From an uncultured Candidatus Saccharibacteria bacterium (GTDB taxonomy: Bacteria; Patescibacteriota; UBA1384; CAYJQE01), in NCBI GenBank assembly GCA_964372245.1, contig CAYJQE010000001.1:11745-75744 (forward strand): 64,000 nt of DNA, read 5' to 3'. Shown in pieces: positions 63,500-64,000 of the stretch (the first letter of the stretch is position 1; every line of letters starts with the position of its first letter). The notes beneath the pieces were generated by a model. That model was not told the DNA's origin and made no database searches. It saw only the letters and a list, made by a program, of their open reading frames with translations. The position numbers were made by a program, and so were the translations under genes.

Positions 63500-64000
63500 G
63501 TGGTGTTTGATCTAGTCAGTTTGATTAAGGCCGGCGGTCTTTTCGGAGTTTTTGCCATCGTTTTTGCCGAGTCCGGCCTCTTTGTCGGTTTTTTTCTGCC
63601 CGGCGACTCGCTCCTTTTCACGGCCGGATTTTTGGCTTCGCAAAATCTCTTGCCAATTGTCCCGCTTGCGGTCGGTTCCTTTATCGCCGCCGTCCTTGGC
63701 GACAGCTTTGGCTATTTTTTTGGCAAGAAGACCGGGCCGGCGATCTTCAAACGTCGAGATTCCCGATTCTTTAATCGGAAAAATATCGAGAAAGCCAGAG
63801 ACTATTATGAAAAACACGGGCCGGCGACAATTTTTCTTGCTCGATTTATACCGGTTGTCCGAACTTTTGCTCCTATTTTGGCCGGTGTCGGCGAGATGAG
63901 ATATCGGACCTTTCTTTCGTATAACTCGATCGGCGGTTTGGTTTGGGGCGCCGGTCTGCCGCTTTCCGGTTATTATCTTGGCCGCCTGATCCCCGATGTC
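63500..64000 (+). CDS. dedA: DedA/VTT-family membrane protein (3' end truncated by the window edge)
   Basis: Open frame from GTG 63500/63503 to the window end. It encodes ...FAIVFAESGLFVGFFLPGDSLLFTAGFLA...GYFFGKKTGPAIF...ARFIPVVRTFAPILAGVGEM..., typical of DedA. It is not in the ORF track because no stop lies inside the window. Confidence 0.75.
   Translation, partial: MVFDLVSLIKAGGLFGVFAIVFAESGLFVGFFLPGDSLLFTAGFLASQNLLPIVPLAVGSFIAAVLGDSFGYFFGKKTGPAIFKRRDSRFFNRKNIEKARDYYEKHGPATIFLARFIPVVRTFAPILAGVGEMRYRTFLSYNSIGGLVWGAGLPLSGYYLGRLIPDV

Noticed and set aside
63512-63899. Minus-strand 101-aa ORF and plus-strand 115-aa ORF at the window end
   Set aside because: Both are out of frame or antisense relative to the clearly conserved DedA reading frame that runs from 63500 to the window edge.

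Overview
Gene-dense (~90% coding) chromosomal segment from a small-genome bacterium. The gene content (DUF4012 protein, reduced dcw cluster with a single Mur ligase and no rsmH, a PriA with degenerate ATPase motifs, weak or absent Shine-Dalgarno sequences) is most consistent with a Patescibacteria/CPR-like lineage, but that is inference only.

Contents, left to right:
- A partial division/cell-wall cluster: mraZ(partial)-ftsL-ftsI-murF-mraY-ftsW-murG, then a 640-bp ORF-free gap.
- A small membrane protein overlapped antisense by a hypothetical ORF, an Lpd-like oxidoreductase, and a large Ser/Gly/Thr-rich surface protein.
- A DEDD exonuclease, a DksA/TraR zinc finger, murB, ftsQ, recJ, bcp, radA, a PBP1A and tyrS.
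- A 780-bp ORF-free region carrying an array of a perfect 12-bp palindrome.
- A minus-strand operon: priA-like, GT4, def, fmt, rpsP, KH protein, trmD.
- lepB, a Kef-type antiporter, a second DksA/TraR gene, lspA, rplT-rpmI-infC, a DAGK-like kinase, bactofilin, uvrA, rnhB, RNase P RNA and tRNA-Gln(UUG).
- A methyltransferase, several hypothetical genes and uvrD/pcrA.
- A polysaccharide locus (sugar-phosphate transferase, GT4, IS3-like transposase remnant, Wzz-like, DUF4012).
- gyrB, a small membrane ORF, gyrA, an FMN reductase, sodA and a partial dedA.

No cas genes, phage genes or intact mobile elements were seen.

The most unusual signal is eight copies of the perfect palindrome TAGTATATACTA between convergent tyrS and trmD. 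They are spaced about 72-86 bp, or roughly twice that, with unique spacers. A ninth exact copy lies in-frame inside the FMN-reductase gene. Array copy 8 lies in-frame inside the 3' end of trmD, and both in-gene copies encode Pro-Val-Val-Tyr-Thr.
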